From assembly GCF_003918875.1 (NCBI RefSeq), contig NW_025767368.1, positions 1,054,001 through 1,118,000 of the forward strand: DNA of 64,000 bases. Reading direction: 5' to 3'. This document shows, one piece after another, positions 23,701-36,226 of the stretch (its first letter is position 1; each line of letters starts with the position of its first letter). The translations under genes were made by a program, and so were the position numbers. Source of the DNA: Haliotis rubra. Its lineage: Eukaryota. The notes beneath the pieces were generated by a model. That model did not search any database. It was not told the origin of the DNA and saw only the letters and a program-made list of their open reading frames with translations.

Positions 23701-26700
23701 TGTACTTATCTCTAGAAAATGATCTGAGGCTTACAGGGCTCCAGATAAGGGCCGTATCGGCATATGTACGGAGAGAAAATATGCACGATACGGTAGGAAA
23801 TAATTTAGAAAACGTAGCAGATACGCACCACAGCAATGGTGTATGGTCTTAAAATCATTTACAGAAGTATTTATCTGAAAAAGTATTGTTTTATTGTTTA
23901 TTGACCTGTTTACACAAGAGAAGCAATGTTGTGGTGCATATATAAAACAAAACACAAGATTACTGATACGCCATTATTTTCCATTCAGTACTCTACATGT
24001 ACTCCAGTACTCCTATAATGAAAAAATAAGGAGTACGTACTCCTGATGTTGAAAACATATCTGGAGCCCTGGGCTTAGGTCTTGACCTTTCATCTTGTTA
24101 TTAGCAGTGTGTGAAATAAGGCCCGTCCAACCGCCCGAGACAGACTAGATTTCTGACGGAGGTCTAAATTTACAACTAGCCAGCCCAATGGTCTGGTAAT
24201 TGTTTTAGATGTTCCATACATCTGAGTAAATTCACCATATCTTGGTGCCTGGTCTGGTTAAATCCATTTTGGGCTGGTAACATTTTGAAGTTACCAGCCC
24301 TGATGCCTTCCTGTTTTTTGGCTTATTTCAAACACTGTTATTAGTACATCTCCCCCAAATACATGTACATTGTACCAGTATATTGACATCAATGGATGAA
24401 AAGAAACAATATCTTATACATGGTTCCTCAAAACACACAATTTCAATATAAGATCTGTCATATTCCGGTCAGTTCTAGTAGGAGCACAAACACTTTATTA
24501 GAACATGGCTTGTCTATGTATCTCACTCATTGTAATAGTTAAATTACATAATCAAAAGAGGATGGAATAATCTGAATTTTTGTCTTCACACATACTAGAT
24601 AATTAACTTTCAAAATGAAATTATAGTTGTTACAGTACAACCAGAAATTATTGAGAATTTAAAGATTTTAAATTTTTTATTTTTTTCACTCCTTACTCAC
24701 GTATTAAATGTGAATATTAGCAGAACATAACTCCAGATTCAAAGACAGGTGAACAGTTAGTATTTTGTCAAGTCACCATGGGCAGCAATGCAGGCTTCAA
24801 TGCGGCGGGGCATACTACTGATCAAAGAAGTTAGAAAGTCGTGGTCCATGCTGTCCCATTATCGGACCGCCTCTTCTTTCATTTCAGCAATATTTGTCAG
24901 ATTTTTCTTATTGACACTTTCCTTCATAGGTCCCCAAACATTTTCTATTGGATTTAGGTCAGGGCTATAGCTTGGCCAATCTAATAATGTCATAAACCAG
25001 GCCTGTGAATGCTTTGAACGATGTTTTGGGTCATTGTCCTGCTGGAAATCCAAAAATTTCCATAGAACATGTGAGCAGATGGAAGTAAATGTCCCTCGAG
25101 AATATCTGTGTACCGCTCACTGTTCATTTTCCCTTCAAATACACAGAAGGGCGATGCCCCTAACACAGATATGCCACCCCACACGTTAAATTTCGGACTG
25201 TGCTTTGGGCGCTGATACAAAGGTTTTTCAGTTTGTTTGGTCCAGAATTTCAGTGTATTAGGAAACAGCCACACAGAACTTTCATCTGAGAAAATCACAT
25301 TGTCCAGTTAAAATTTCTATGCTGTAAGCACCAGTTCAACCTTCACTCCTTTTGTTCAGGTTTCATGATCGGTGATGGAATTCCTCGACTTTTCTGCCAA
25401 CCCATTGTATGCAGCTCAGTTCTTATTGTCTCCTTACAGACAGCCACAGTTCCTCTATCAATCATATCCAGCCTAAAGTTTTCTAAACTTCTTCGTTTGT
25501 TTTTAGAAACAAGAATACCAAGCCACCTCCTGTCACCGACAGTCAATTTTCTGGGCCTACCTGGTACTCATTGCCATATCCATTTGCAATATTTTTCAAA
25601 ACACGATAAACAGTGGACAAAGGGATGCCTGTTCCACTTGAAATCACTTTAGCTCATCTGATGTCCTTGTTATAATACTCTAAAATCAACTTCCTCTTCT
25701 CTAAATCATCCATACTGAGGAACACTGAAAATGTCGTCTGCTAGCAAGTAAACAAAGGGGGATAACTCTTCACAAACTAATGAAAAAGGATTAACGGAGT
25801 TGTCTCTCTTGAATGAAACCAAGCACTTGATAGCTGGTCAAGGTTGTTTATACTAGAAATCCAATTAAAAATATTCCTAAAATTCTCAATAATTTCTGGT
25901 CATACTATAAATGGCAATTTGTGCATTGAAAAAACAATGGTCTTTTCTGTTAACCCCTTGAATTTTTGCCTTTTATCATTGAGTTCTCTACAGACATAGA
26001 CACAACAGTGCTTCAGTAGAATCCTCACCATGCACATGGTGCTGCTGGAAGCTCTTCCCAGGAGCGAAGTGGAAGTTGCCCGCTAACCTGAGACACGGAA
26101 AGGAGGCAGTTTAGACATAGGAAATGATGAAGAAGCATGTGTGAGTCAGTCTGTCTGTCTGGGTGTAATGTCTGCTTAATAGAGCCATAATAATAGAAAA
26201 TATGTAGAGTTTACATGATATCAAGTCTCAGGCACAGACCCATCTGATACCAACCACCAAGCAGGGTAACAATAGGTACCATCTTTTGGTACAACTAGCC
26301 TAGACAGTGAGCCAACTGCCCTGGGAAGACATTCTATAACTAAGGAGATTGTCTAAGCGATGATGACTTCACTAGTTTTACGCCGCTTTTAGCGATATTC
26401 ACATCAGAAATGGGCTTTACACATTGTACACATTGGGGAATCGAACCCAGATCTTCGGCATGATGAGCGAACACTTTAACCACCAGGCTACCCCACCGCC
26501 TCTGATGACTTCACTAGACACTGGGTTTCACCTTGACCTAAGATTTATCATGTCTGTAAATCTGCCGCACAGGACATTGATATTGGCACACCATTGGCCA
26601 ATTGCCTTATATGTGTCACAGACATGGGTTCAATTACTTTTGAAATGTAATTAATTAAATTACAATTACTTTGATTTTCCTCAATTACAATTACAAATAC

Positions 26701-29700
26701 AATTACACCTTAAAATTAAAATGTAATTACAATTACAAATTACTTTGTTAAAAAAAAAACAGAACAAATATATTTTTGTATTCCTTTAATCACTAAATCC
26801 AATTCATTGGTCACTAAATCCAATTCATATTTTTGTCATCAAAAAGTGAAATGCAAAATTAGATTATATCTACAATGTACACTATTTGATCAAATTTGTA
26901 TTTTGCATATTTCTTTGGGCTTATTATCAAATACACACCTCTATCATCTCTTGTTGCAAAAAACACTTTGTCCACCACTGTTACCTTAGGTATACTGTAT
27001 CATGACATCATTACAGGCCTACATTACAATATATAATCAGCCTGTCTCTCTATCTGACATAATCCACATTAACATACTAAAGGATTTGTCAACTTGGATT
27101 TATGGCTTATTACCTTTCATGATTATAAAGATAGGACTACAGTTCAGTAAGATTTTGAATATCCTATCCTATGAGAAATAAACAAAGAGGCCATTTTTAT
27201 AGGAACTTGACTAATAGTACTGTTAATCCCCATTTCCCTCAAATACCAACCTACATTCAGTCATGCGTTGATTCCCTTTGTTTCACAAAATGTGTCATGG
27301 TCAATACCTCATTGACAATTGTTTAACTTTTAATCATATCCGCTGTCCATTATGTAGTGACCCACCTTGTTAACTTCCAGGTAACCAAAAACCCGGCAAC
27401 CTTCATTTTTTTGTGCAGACATTTTCTCGGACCATCCCTCTCGCTTGCACTGCTCGATGGTAGATGGGTTGTTGAAAGCCCAACCCTTTTTCCTGTAGGC
27501 TTCTCTCACATCTTCACAGGTGTTACAGCATCTAGGGAGTTACATTAGAATGGTACTCATCATCTCTGAAGGGACAGTTCAGGCTTTGTCTAAATCCATA
27601 TGATAAAGATTAAGAGTTACTGAGCATGGTTTTACGCCACTTTTAGCAGGATTCCAGCAACATCATTGAGGGTGACACCTAAAATGAGCTTTGAACATTG
27701 TACCCATGTGGGGAATCAAACCCGGTCTTCAGCAGGACAAATGAAAGAATCTGCCACAACACAATCTCTCCTTTCTGTCTTAGATGTGGAACACATTGAC
27801 CAAGACTGCAGAGATGGTTCATCACACAGTACTTACTTCTTCTCATCAGTAACAACTTTCACAGCTTAGCATCAAGTTCCTTCGGCTTTGTAACATTCTG
27901 AAATATGCAAAAATAATTAGCACCAAAGATGCTGATGAGAAAAAGACACAACATGTAACAAAGGTTCCAGCTTCTACAGTCAAGTGATGTGTTGTGACCA
28001 GGGATCCACTCTGATAGGACTTGGGGGATGTAACCATGGATAAAGGTCTGAAAAGTTATCTTCTTTCACAAGTATAATTAGGTATGATGTGCTGTCACAA
28101 GGATTTGTTCAGAAAGATTAACTCTGTTCGGAGCTGTGGGATAAGACACTATGACAAGGGATGAGTCTGTAAAGATTCCACTTTGTTGTGACAAGAAATT
28201 AAGTCTACCATCATCTTCGTTTTGTTTGATTCTTGAATAACACCACACTCGGCAATATACCAGCTATATGTTGGCAGGCTATAAATAACTGAGTCTGGTC
28301 CAGACAATCCAGTGATCAACAATATGAGCATCAACCTACATAATTTGTAACATATGTCATATTTGGGATTGCACCTTCTTAGTAGCAGACAGATTCTAGT
28401 ACTTTTGTTGGGTTGAGTCCATCCAGGATTCGAACCCACACCCATAGAGTCAGGCACCTAATTGCCAGCACTACACAATTTGGACACGATGACATGTCAG
28501 CGAGCCTGACCACCTGATCCCGTTAGTTGCCTCTTATGACAAGCAATGACCAATTCTAACATGGATCTTGAAGGGTACTAATAATATCTGTGGGGTTTAT
28601 GTTGCATCATCATGCTGAATGATTTTGTTGATTTCGTTGTCTACAGTCTTTTGTGTGTTGATGGTTTAATAATCAATCTGTGAAGATATCATTGTCAACC
28701 ATATTTATAAGATTAACTTCAATACATTTTTGCACTTAAGGAGTTATATACCTAAACAAATGCTGAGCATATTTTAGATAAATCAGCTATGCCATTCCAC
28801 AACATAAACATATTGAAGACATACTTACTGCAGCCAAATCTTTAGCGGTATCACCTAAGGCTACAACAGAAATACAGATTTATGTGAATAAGCCAGGAAA
28901 ACAGGTTAAAGACAAGGGGTAAGTAACGAAACAAGCCATTGCACTGATACAAAACTTACCAGTAGAAAAATCATAAATAAGTTTAATATTTGTGTACTTA
29001 TCCTGCAATACTCCTCAATGTAAACATATAAGCAGTAAATATATCTATGAGAAATGCAAGATATGTTCAATAATTCTGTAAATATTGAGCAGAGTAATGT
29101 TCCCTATAAGCATGCTTGGGGCATGGACATTACAGTGATCATGGTGATACTTCCACATATTCACACGGAGCATTATCATGTTTGCTTCATGCTGACTGTT
29201 TCGTTAGTTACATTTTAATTACAATTTGAGAAGAGGCCAAAAGAATTACATTGTTGTAAATCTTCAAACATGAGGCCATGAAAAAATCCATCCATCCATT
29301 GTCTATGGTGCACAAGTACAACCTTAATATGTGATGTTGTTTCAACAACAGGTCAACTGAGCTGATGTATTCACTAAGGATCAGGAAACCCACATTTATC
29401 TACATTTACCAGTTGACATACTTGCCAACCTTATTCAATTTAATTTCAATGGCTAATAACACACAGGTTTGCCAACTTAGCAGCTCTATGGAGTTCCTGG
29501 AGTCCCTTAGTACCTCAAGTGTGACTTAGTCAAGTGTGTTATTGTATAAAAGTGACATGGAAGGCTGACGGTATCATTTAACCAACAGTTTTTTCTGGCC
29601 TATCATTGACAGGCTTTCTCTAATGCCGTAGCTGCCCATCTTGTATTTTGGCTTATCAACAAACATGTTTTCTCACACGCTGTTGCACTTACCTTGTTTT

Positions 29701-32700
29701 TCTGGCTTGTCATCAACAGTTTTCCCATTACTATCCAGACGCTGCTTGAACAGGTTGTGATCTACATCGATCTGCTGTTCACCAGACACGTCCATGGCAT
29801 CAATACTTAAATCTGGAACATCACATCAATACAGCTGCAGGTACTGTGTTGCAGTCATAAATGTCATTTCAAATATTGACTTATTGATTATCACAAACAG
29901 TCTTACAGCATGATACATCAATTACGGATAATACACATATAATTGGCAGTATTGCCCTGTTTTCATCGCACAAGGGCACCTGTGAAACTAATCACATTAA
30001 GAGAAAGGTTACGATACAGTTTACTTTGATGGGATAAACATTATGATAATTACATAAAAATTAACCATGGAATCCAATACCTGTCATGTTATTGAAAAAT
30101 GTTCCATCAATCAAAACAACCAAACACTTCAATAAACATCGACTTGAAAATGTAGTATAGCCATGAACATTTTTACAAAATGGAAATGTCCTCCTAAATC
30201 ATATAGACATACTTTAATAACTGTCCAAAACATTCTTAAAGGCAGTGTACTGGGAACTCACATGCACAAGGCAACTTGGAAAATACTATATCAATGTTTA
30301 TTCGAATCTTCTGGCCTCTTGAAGTATCCACGAATAGTTCTGGTTGCACTTCTTTCGTGAGGTAATAGTTGAACTCCGACACAAACAGTATGAACATCAG
30401 CACTGCACTGGACAGTGTCACTGAAAAGGAAACATGTTGCTGTAGAGGTATGCAAGTAACATCAGAAGGACTTAAAATGCAGGTCGAGAGGCATAATATT
30501 TCACATAGTGATATACATTGTCAAAAAGATTGAAACCTAGTCCTCCAAACATGTATGGCTACATACGTTGCTTTGGCTTGGTTGTTGTTTGATGCCCGCT
30601 CTCAGCATTATTCCAGCTATATGGCAGTGGTCTGCAAATAATCGAGTCTGGACCAGAGAATCCAGTGCTCAACAGCATGAGCATTGATCTACACAATTGG
30701 AATATGATGACGTGTGTCAACAAGTCAGCCAGTCTGACCACCCGATCTTACTACTAGCATTGCTTGCTGGAGACCCAGAGGCCCAGATAGCTGCGTATCC
30801 GGGTAAAATATGCATAGAAACTTTCCAATTACGCATTGAAAAATAATTGTTGCGTACCAATTACGCATTTAAAATGTTAGAAACACAAAAAGTTTAAAAC
30901 AAATGCATACGGAATATATTTATAAAAATCGCTTGCGTAATGAAAAAGACATCAATTGCTATCAAGTTGTACTGTTAGTATAGGACTAGTGTTGTACTGT
31001 CAGTATTGGATAAGTGATTTTTTTATGAAATCATTTTCATTATATTTAAGTTGGTTTTGATTAGGTATGATATAAGGCAGGACATACCTGCTTAGTAAAC
31101 TTACTTAATGACATAATACTTAGGTGAGTAAAATGACTGAAATACGCACATATTTGAAAGCAGTGGGTAACGGAAAATGAAATACCCACTCAACATTCAC
31201 AATACCCACTCCAAAAAATTACAGTGGGTACAGTACCCACATGAGCTAAATCTTATCTTGAGCTCTGAGACCAATTCTAATCCGGATCTTCTTGGATGGC
31301 TACATAGGGGAAAGAATACAGTTTAACATGACCAGTACTGGTGCTGATTCACACTGTATATCATCTCACCTGCATAATGTTTAAAATAGCCTCCTACCAT
31401 GCAGTCTGATGTGTGCCCTGTTTTGGTCACTGCAGGTCAACTTTTACAAAATGTATGTCCAGTGGTTGGGATGAATATATTTTGGAGACATACTTAATAA
31501 AAATATAACATATTTATAAACATATACTGGGAGTGGCATTTTGACAATGACCAGATATCAGTATACTGCCTCGCAACAACTACTTCACTTATACAGTAAA
31601 CTATGTTAATAACCAACATGCTAACAATAATTTGATGGATATAACAAACTGTTCTTAGGTCCAAGTCACTTGCTGTATATATTAGTCAAATGTGTAATTA
31701 TTTTATCAGCATTCTAGAAGTTGGTGAGTCAAAAATGAAACATACAACTTTATGGTGACAACTTCTTATTTATTGCATAGAGCAGCATTTTGATGTAGCT
31801 TCTTAAGCTTGATAACAGTGTAAGAATCTACATCTAAACATCGCTCTGTGCAATATATATGAAGTTGTCTTACATAAAGATGTATGTTTCATTTTTAGTC
31901 AAATGTGTATTACAAACTACGGTTACAATGAACACAAATTTGTCTTCCCTTCAGGATTTTCAAAACCATAGATTACTGATTAACCCAATACATGATTTTA
32001 TGTGTAGGTATTTGTCTTTGTTGTTCAGTTAAGGGTAACACAGATCTGGGATTGCCAGCTGTTTCACTGAAAGTTGTTATCTGCCAGTCCAGCTGTCTGG
32101 TTGGACTATATGATTTGGATGACCCATCGTAATGATTGTTCTACATCTTGTTTTATGTCTTATATTTACTCTCTAATACCAGGCATTGCTTATCTTGTAG
32201 ACATCCTTTGGAGAGAAAGGAACAAATGATATACACCTTTATAACATGTTTGTTTCAAAGGGAAGACAAAAGTGATTACCAAGTGTACCATTTGCAAGCT
32301 TTTACTCTCTTTGGGTTGGCTGTATTTTGGAGTTATAACATCTGGTCTTAAATACAACGCAAGGACACACATACTACCCACATGCTATAACTGCCCCAAA
32401 GGGTCACATGTTCTACATAACACGGGTGGCCTGGAGGGTAGCACCTGTTTCTAACTCTACTCTGTGACAGGATATGGCACTTGATATACGTGCGGGATTG
32501 CTTTACATTGAATTCTAAAACATAGAATACGCTGAGACACGAAAGGTCAGAATTTAATTGACACACATCAAACTTTCTAACAACGAATCAGATAAGATAG
32601 ACCCTGTTTGCTTTGAGACATTCATATTTCGCACACCTGCAGCTCCACCGAACGTTTTCACCCGGAAATCTTCCAACGTCTTTGGATATGCATCAAACTG

Positions 32701-32733
32701 CCGCAGCCGTTCTAACACACTCGAACTCTGCAT
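8726..32733 (-). CDS. ERGIC3: ER-Golgi intermediate compartment protein 3 (Erv46 orthologue), 13 coding exons
   Basis: GT-AG exons: 32733-32637 ([22 protein letters not shown]), 30420-30262, 29812-29693 ([14 protein letters not shown]), 28860-28829, 27897-27837 (damaged, CESCY), 27531-27366 ([17 protein letters not shown]), 26087-26029 ([12 protein letters not shown], +1 base), 23620-23589, 22568-22472 ([15 protein letters not shown]), 12192-12128 ([11 protein letters not shown]), 11612-11476 ([13 protein letters not shown]), 9989-9934 ([14 protein letters not shown]), 8805-8726 ([10 protein letters not shown]). Phases agree except at exons 5 and 7. Confidence 0.96.
10721..10961. mobile_element. 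MITE with CAG..CTG termini and 5-bp TSD
   Basis: TIR CAGGGG(G)TGGAAATAAC; TSD CATGT. Confidence 0.8.
12882..12953 (-). tRNA. tRNA-Pro (anticodon CGG)
   Basis: Reverse complement GGCCAAGTGGTCTAGGGGTATGATTCTCGCTTCGGGTGCGAGAGGTCCCGGGTTCGACTCCCGGCTTGGCCC is a 72-nt cloverleaf with a paired acceptor stem and a typical eukaryotic Pro body. A T4 Pol III terminator follows ~8 nt downstream. Confidence 0.95.
14129..14479 (+). mobile_element. tRNA-derived SINE, family B (~350 bp; central domain resembles the MetaSINE domain)
   Basis: Head GGTGTAGTGGTTAGAGCG, central GTCATAC..AAAGAC.TTAAAATATGGTACTTG..GGCATTAA, tail GCACGACGTTAAACCCAA(CCTCA)n. Confidence 0.8.
14659..15555 (+). CDS. ROMO1: Reactive oxygen species modulator 1 (Mgr2 family), nested antisense in ERGIC3 intron 9
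   Basis: Exon 14659-14794: [20 protein letters not shown][V][25 protein letters not shown], with one G missing near 14718 and a GTGAGT donor. Exon 15447-15555: [41 protein letters not shown] at 15725. Not in the ORF track. Confidence 0.95.
15968..17256 (+). mobile_element. Non-autonomous Helentron-like (HINE/pearl-type) element with internal diverged tandem repeats
   Basis: 5' AACAAG with subterminal ATGCCCCCGC. 3' (CGGA)n tract then a GC-rich hairpin ending GCGGGGGCAT. Internal repeats share GAGATGCACACCTTTAGAGTCCC and GGAGAAGTGGATA. Confidence 0.7.
17463..17617. mobile_element. MITE with CAG..CTG termini and 5-bp TSD
   Basis: TIR CAG(T/G)GCTCGATTTA; TSD CAACA. Confidence 0.75.
17668..18039. 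mobile_element. Degenerate MITE with 5-bp TSD
   Basis: Imperfect TIRs CAAGGTTCACAC / GTATGAGCCCTG; TSD AATAA. Confidence 0.55.
19233..21674 (+). mobile_element. Inner Helentron-like element carrying the ~170-bp satellite
   Basis: 5' AACAAG..TATCCCCTGCAA. 3' CGGACGGA tract and hairpin CCCCGCAA..TTGCGAGGGATA. Confidence 0.6.
19360..21590. repeat. Tandem satellite, ~169-171-bp monomer, ~13 copies
   Basis: Directly visible repeat of ...TTGTTGCCATGGAAACGCCAAAAATATTTTATTCAGAATTCCAAAACTACC...GTGCCAAGTTTGGTGAAGAAAT... Confidence 0.97.
22810..23160 (+). mobile_element. SINE family B
   Basis: Close match to 14129-14479; intact B box GGTTCGATCCC. Confidence 0.82.
23734..24071. mobile_element. MITE with CAG..CTG termini and 6-bp TSD
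   Basis: Perfect 14-bp TIR CAGGGCTCCAGATA; TSD GGCTTA. Confidence 0.82.
24105..24337. mobile_element. MITE with CAG..CTG termini and 7-bp TSD
   Basis: TIR CAGTGT(G/T)TGAAATAAG; TSD TTATTAG. Confidence 0.78.
24633..25907 (-). mobile_element. Degenerate Tc1-family DNA transposon with frameshifted transposase
   Basis: ~28-bp TIRs (CAGTACAACCAGAAATTATTGAGAATTT) flanked by TA. Transposase fragments [36 protein letters not shown] are split over several frames. Confidence 0.93.
30776..31267. mobile_element. MITE inserted into a family C retroposon, 5-bp TSD
   Basis: Imperfect TIR CAGAG..C.AGATA; TSD AGACC. The host sequence resumes (AATTCTAATCCGGATCTT) right after the insert. Confidence 0.72.
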
Positions 32734-32934
32734 ATTTGTATGTCGGTTAGGCAAACTGCTTGAATGTCAGTGAGCTGGCGATCGCTGTAGCTACATCTAC
32801 AGATTTCCACTACTGGCGAATGAAAACAAGCAGCGTGTCGGGGTTAGACTGTTGACTGGGCCCCTGTCTAGCTGTTATTTACAATAGCGCATTGGTGGCT
32901 GCGTGTGAACAACTTAGAACCAGTTAAAGTTTGT

Positions 32935-32975
32935 TGCTCGTTCCGGGTTCCGCTTCGTGGAACGCATGCGCAGCT
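32935..32975 (-). promoter_or_regulatory. Putative ERGIC3 housekeeping promoter with ETS and NRF1-like motifs
   Basis: TTCCGG (ETS core CCGGAA on - strand) and CGCATGCGCA (NRF1-like) in a CpG-containing patch ~210-240 bp upstream of the ATG. Confidence 0.45.
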
Positions 32976-34749
32976 GTCATGTTTGGAGCCTCATTTCTCT
33001 GGTTTTAAACACATTGATGATTGTCAAGATCGAATCTTCATTGTTCTTTCAAGTATTTTTCACTTAAATGTTTGGAATTCTAAATGAGAATGTTCATTTC
33101 CAAATGTAATGGGCCATAATCAAACAGACATACATCGTGGCTACACGCCCTGGAGATGCCGCGTCAGAAGTGTAGCTTTCATCTTACTCACACGACATGA
33201 ATAATTAATTGATGACAGATACCTTTACTTGTTGATCAAACAAAGAGAAGTCATTGCTCTATTCTTTGTTGATTACATTTGGTCAGACCGAAACGTTATA
33301 CTATAGTATTTCAGGTACTGTTATAGTGTGTCCTATATTATTGTCCTTTGAAGTTTGATAAAGAAGGGATAATCTATTCTCCCTGGATAAAGGGAGGCTC
33401 GCTCCAATATTTATCGGAAAATGCCATTTTAGAGCAGCTTCTACGCTAGTAACGCTTAATCGCCGAATATATAATTTTGATACAAACAAATAACTACATT
33501 TTAATTGTAAAGGGCCCCCAGTAAACTCATAGATTCAAGACCTGTAGAAATCTAGACTTCCTTCATATAGAGCTTCCTAGCTAACACTGACTGGCTGAGC
33601 TTAGTTTTACGCCGCACACAGCAATATTCCAGCTACATGGAGGCGGTCTGTAAATAATCGAGTCTGGACCAGACAGTCCAGTGATCAACAGCATGAGCAT
33701 CGATCTGCGCAACTGGGAACCGATGACATGTGTCAACCAAGCCAGCGAGCAGGACCACCCGATCCCGTTAGCCCAGATAACACGAAAATGTCAAAACATC
33801 TCCAAAAGCATTTTATTCATGTGGATGTGTGTGGTTTTAGAGACATTTTTGTGAACTGGTTAGCAAATGTTTGTAAAATATGTATATTCACGTGAATTTG
33901 TATGGTTCCAGAAACGTTTTAACAGTTTTCTCTGAACATTTGGTAATAATGTAGTTTTGCAAAATATTTCATAAAGGCTTCTGAAAAAAGTTTTATTGAC
34001 GTGAATTTGTATGGTTACGGAAACATTTTAAGAACATTTTCTGTAAACATGTGGTTAAATTTTTTCAAAGAATACAATAGCCCAGATAACAATTATAAAA
34101 CACAAAACATGTTGTGGCATAATGTTCTTGAATAACATTTAAAAAAGCATTTTAATATTGTTGTGAAATATTTTCATAATGTTCCGAAAACGTGTTTAGG
34201 AAATTATTTTTGGGAAACTATTTTGAAACCTTATGAAAATGTTATTTTCAATAGGTGGGTTTCAATCCAGAAAGGGTAAGGCGGAAGGAAAATAATGTGG
34301 TTCAGGGATTGTGAGACAGACTAAGCGCCTTCTTCCGAAAATAAATAATACTAATCAATAAAGTTAATATTTGTATCGTCCCGGCTCCAACATATTGCTC
34401 AAAGGCGCTTAGACGAAGGCAATTTTGAACAATTGGGTTTTCAGTTGTTTAAACTGGTCGAGGTTGACAATATCATGAATGTGTCGAGGAAGATGGTTCC
34501 AGAGCCAGGGGCCGGCTTTGGAGAAGGATTTGTCACCATAGTGTCTTTTCCTGGTCATAGGAACATCAAGTGCTCTTGATGAGCATTTAACTCTATACAA
34601 AAAAGGCACGTAAGAAAATGACCTAAAATGCTCTACGTTTGGATGTCGGTTTTCAGTTTAAGGTGAAGACGTCTATCGCGTTACCCATATTACCTGCCCC
34701 GTATACTTCTGAATCGAAGTGTGTGTGTCATAAAGCTGATACTGTTCAT

Positions 34750-35067
34750 CAGCGTTCAAAATACCTGCCTGATCGACCGCCCGGGACGGGTTATTTTCAA
34801 CACGGACTGCCAGATTCTCAAATTCACCTGCCCGACGGTCGGGTTAAACTTTAGACATGTAAATGAAGATATTTATCATATTTCAGGATAATAAATCACT
34901 ATCAATTCACTCTTAAAAATAAATGATGAATTCCAATTGGATGATTAACTACGTCGTTTGTCAAACCTAAATTATTTGCGGGCAGGTAAGTTTTGGCCAG
35001 GGGTGGCAAGTTTTACACCCAATCAGCCCTGTGATCTGGCTGAAATGTTTGGGAGTTTCATACCCTC
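34750..35067. mobile_element. MITE, same family as 37648-37947, 7-bp TSD
   Basis: Close match to 37648-37947; TSD TGTT(C/T)AT. Confidence 0.78.
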
Positions 35068-36226
35068 TGTTTATGTTACTTTACTCACATAAGACAGTTA
35101 TAACTATTTTTAGTGTTGAGAAATAGCCTAATACAGTGTCCCAGTCACTGTGCCTAGCCACAGATCCATTACGTAGCCTCTGGCGACCAGCAGACGCTGC
35201 TTGCGACCAATCTGAATCCACGTTACAGAAAGTATAACATTAGGATAGTTTGCAATTTTCTCTGTACCGGATATAACCGTCTTCCCTTAACCCCACAAAT
35301 ACAGAGCACGTAGTTTGAATGCAAACAGTGATTTAAATGTATATTGCATTTAGCATACACCATCAAAGTGTTTGTAAAAGGTGCGCGTATGTCTGTAAGC
35401 CAGTTATATACGTAGTAATGAGGGCGTACCAATTTCAGTGTATAGGAACACGTTAAAACCAAAACAGTCATCGTGTAATTAGAGAATTGATTTACTGTTA
35501 ATCTAAAATATGAGAGGAAAGTTGTGGTTAAATCTCAAAATTGAGAGGAAAGTTGTTTTAAATGACTTGATCATTTTTGTTGGAGTACGTATTGCTGGTG
35601 ACAGCCGTAGACCTGCTTTTAGATAACTCTATGCAGTTCAAGGGATGTAGAACTCGTAAGGACGACATCCTGAAAGGGGTGGGGTGGGGATTGTCTTTGC
35701 GACAAGGTCATGTCCCATTTGTACGTTCTTAAAATTACGGTACACTAACGCCGAGCAGCCGCATATACGATGGAGGCCTTTCAGGGCAAAACATTTAACA
35801 TACAAAACATTCCAAACATAATTCCATTCTAAAGACGATTTTTCTGCACACGTGTTTTATTGCATGATTGTGGATTGAAATACATATTTTTGGTGACCAG
35901 AGTAGGACCTGGATGGATCCTCCTAAATTACATGCCTAAATTACATTACACGTTTACATTACAACTTTGAGATACGACGTGTCCCTGTATTGCGTATATA
36001 ATTATGTTTGAGATTGATCCACAAAGTTGGGCGGTCTTACAGCTACGTTTATCGTAAGTCTAAACGTTTACCATAGACTTAGACCTGTCGTAGCTCACCG
36101 AAGACATTGTGGATTCCTTCTGGTCCCTAATCTCTGCTAAAACTATTGGTGTTTAGTCGATATTCATATACATGTATTTCGTATTACAGAGTAGAAAACA
36201 AGTGGAGATCACAGGCGTTGTAGATG

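Noticed and set aside
34409-34570. ORF with YGDKSFSKAGPWLWNHLP
   Set aside because: Resembles the extreme C-terminus of an L2/CR1-type LINE ORF2; a short dead fragment, not a gene.
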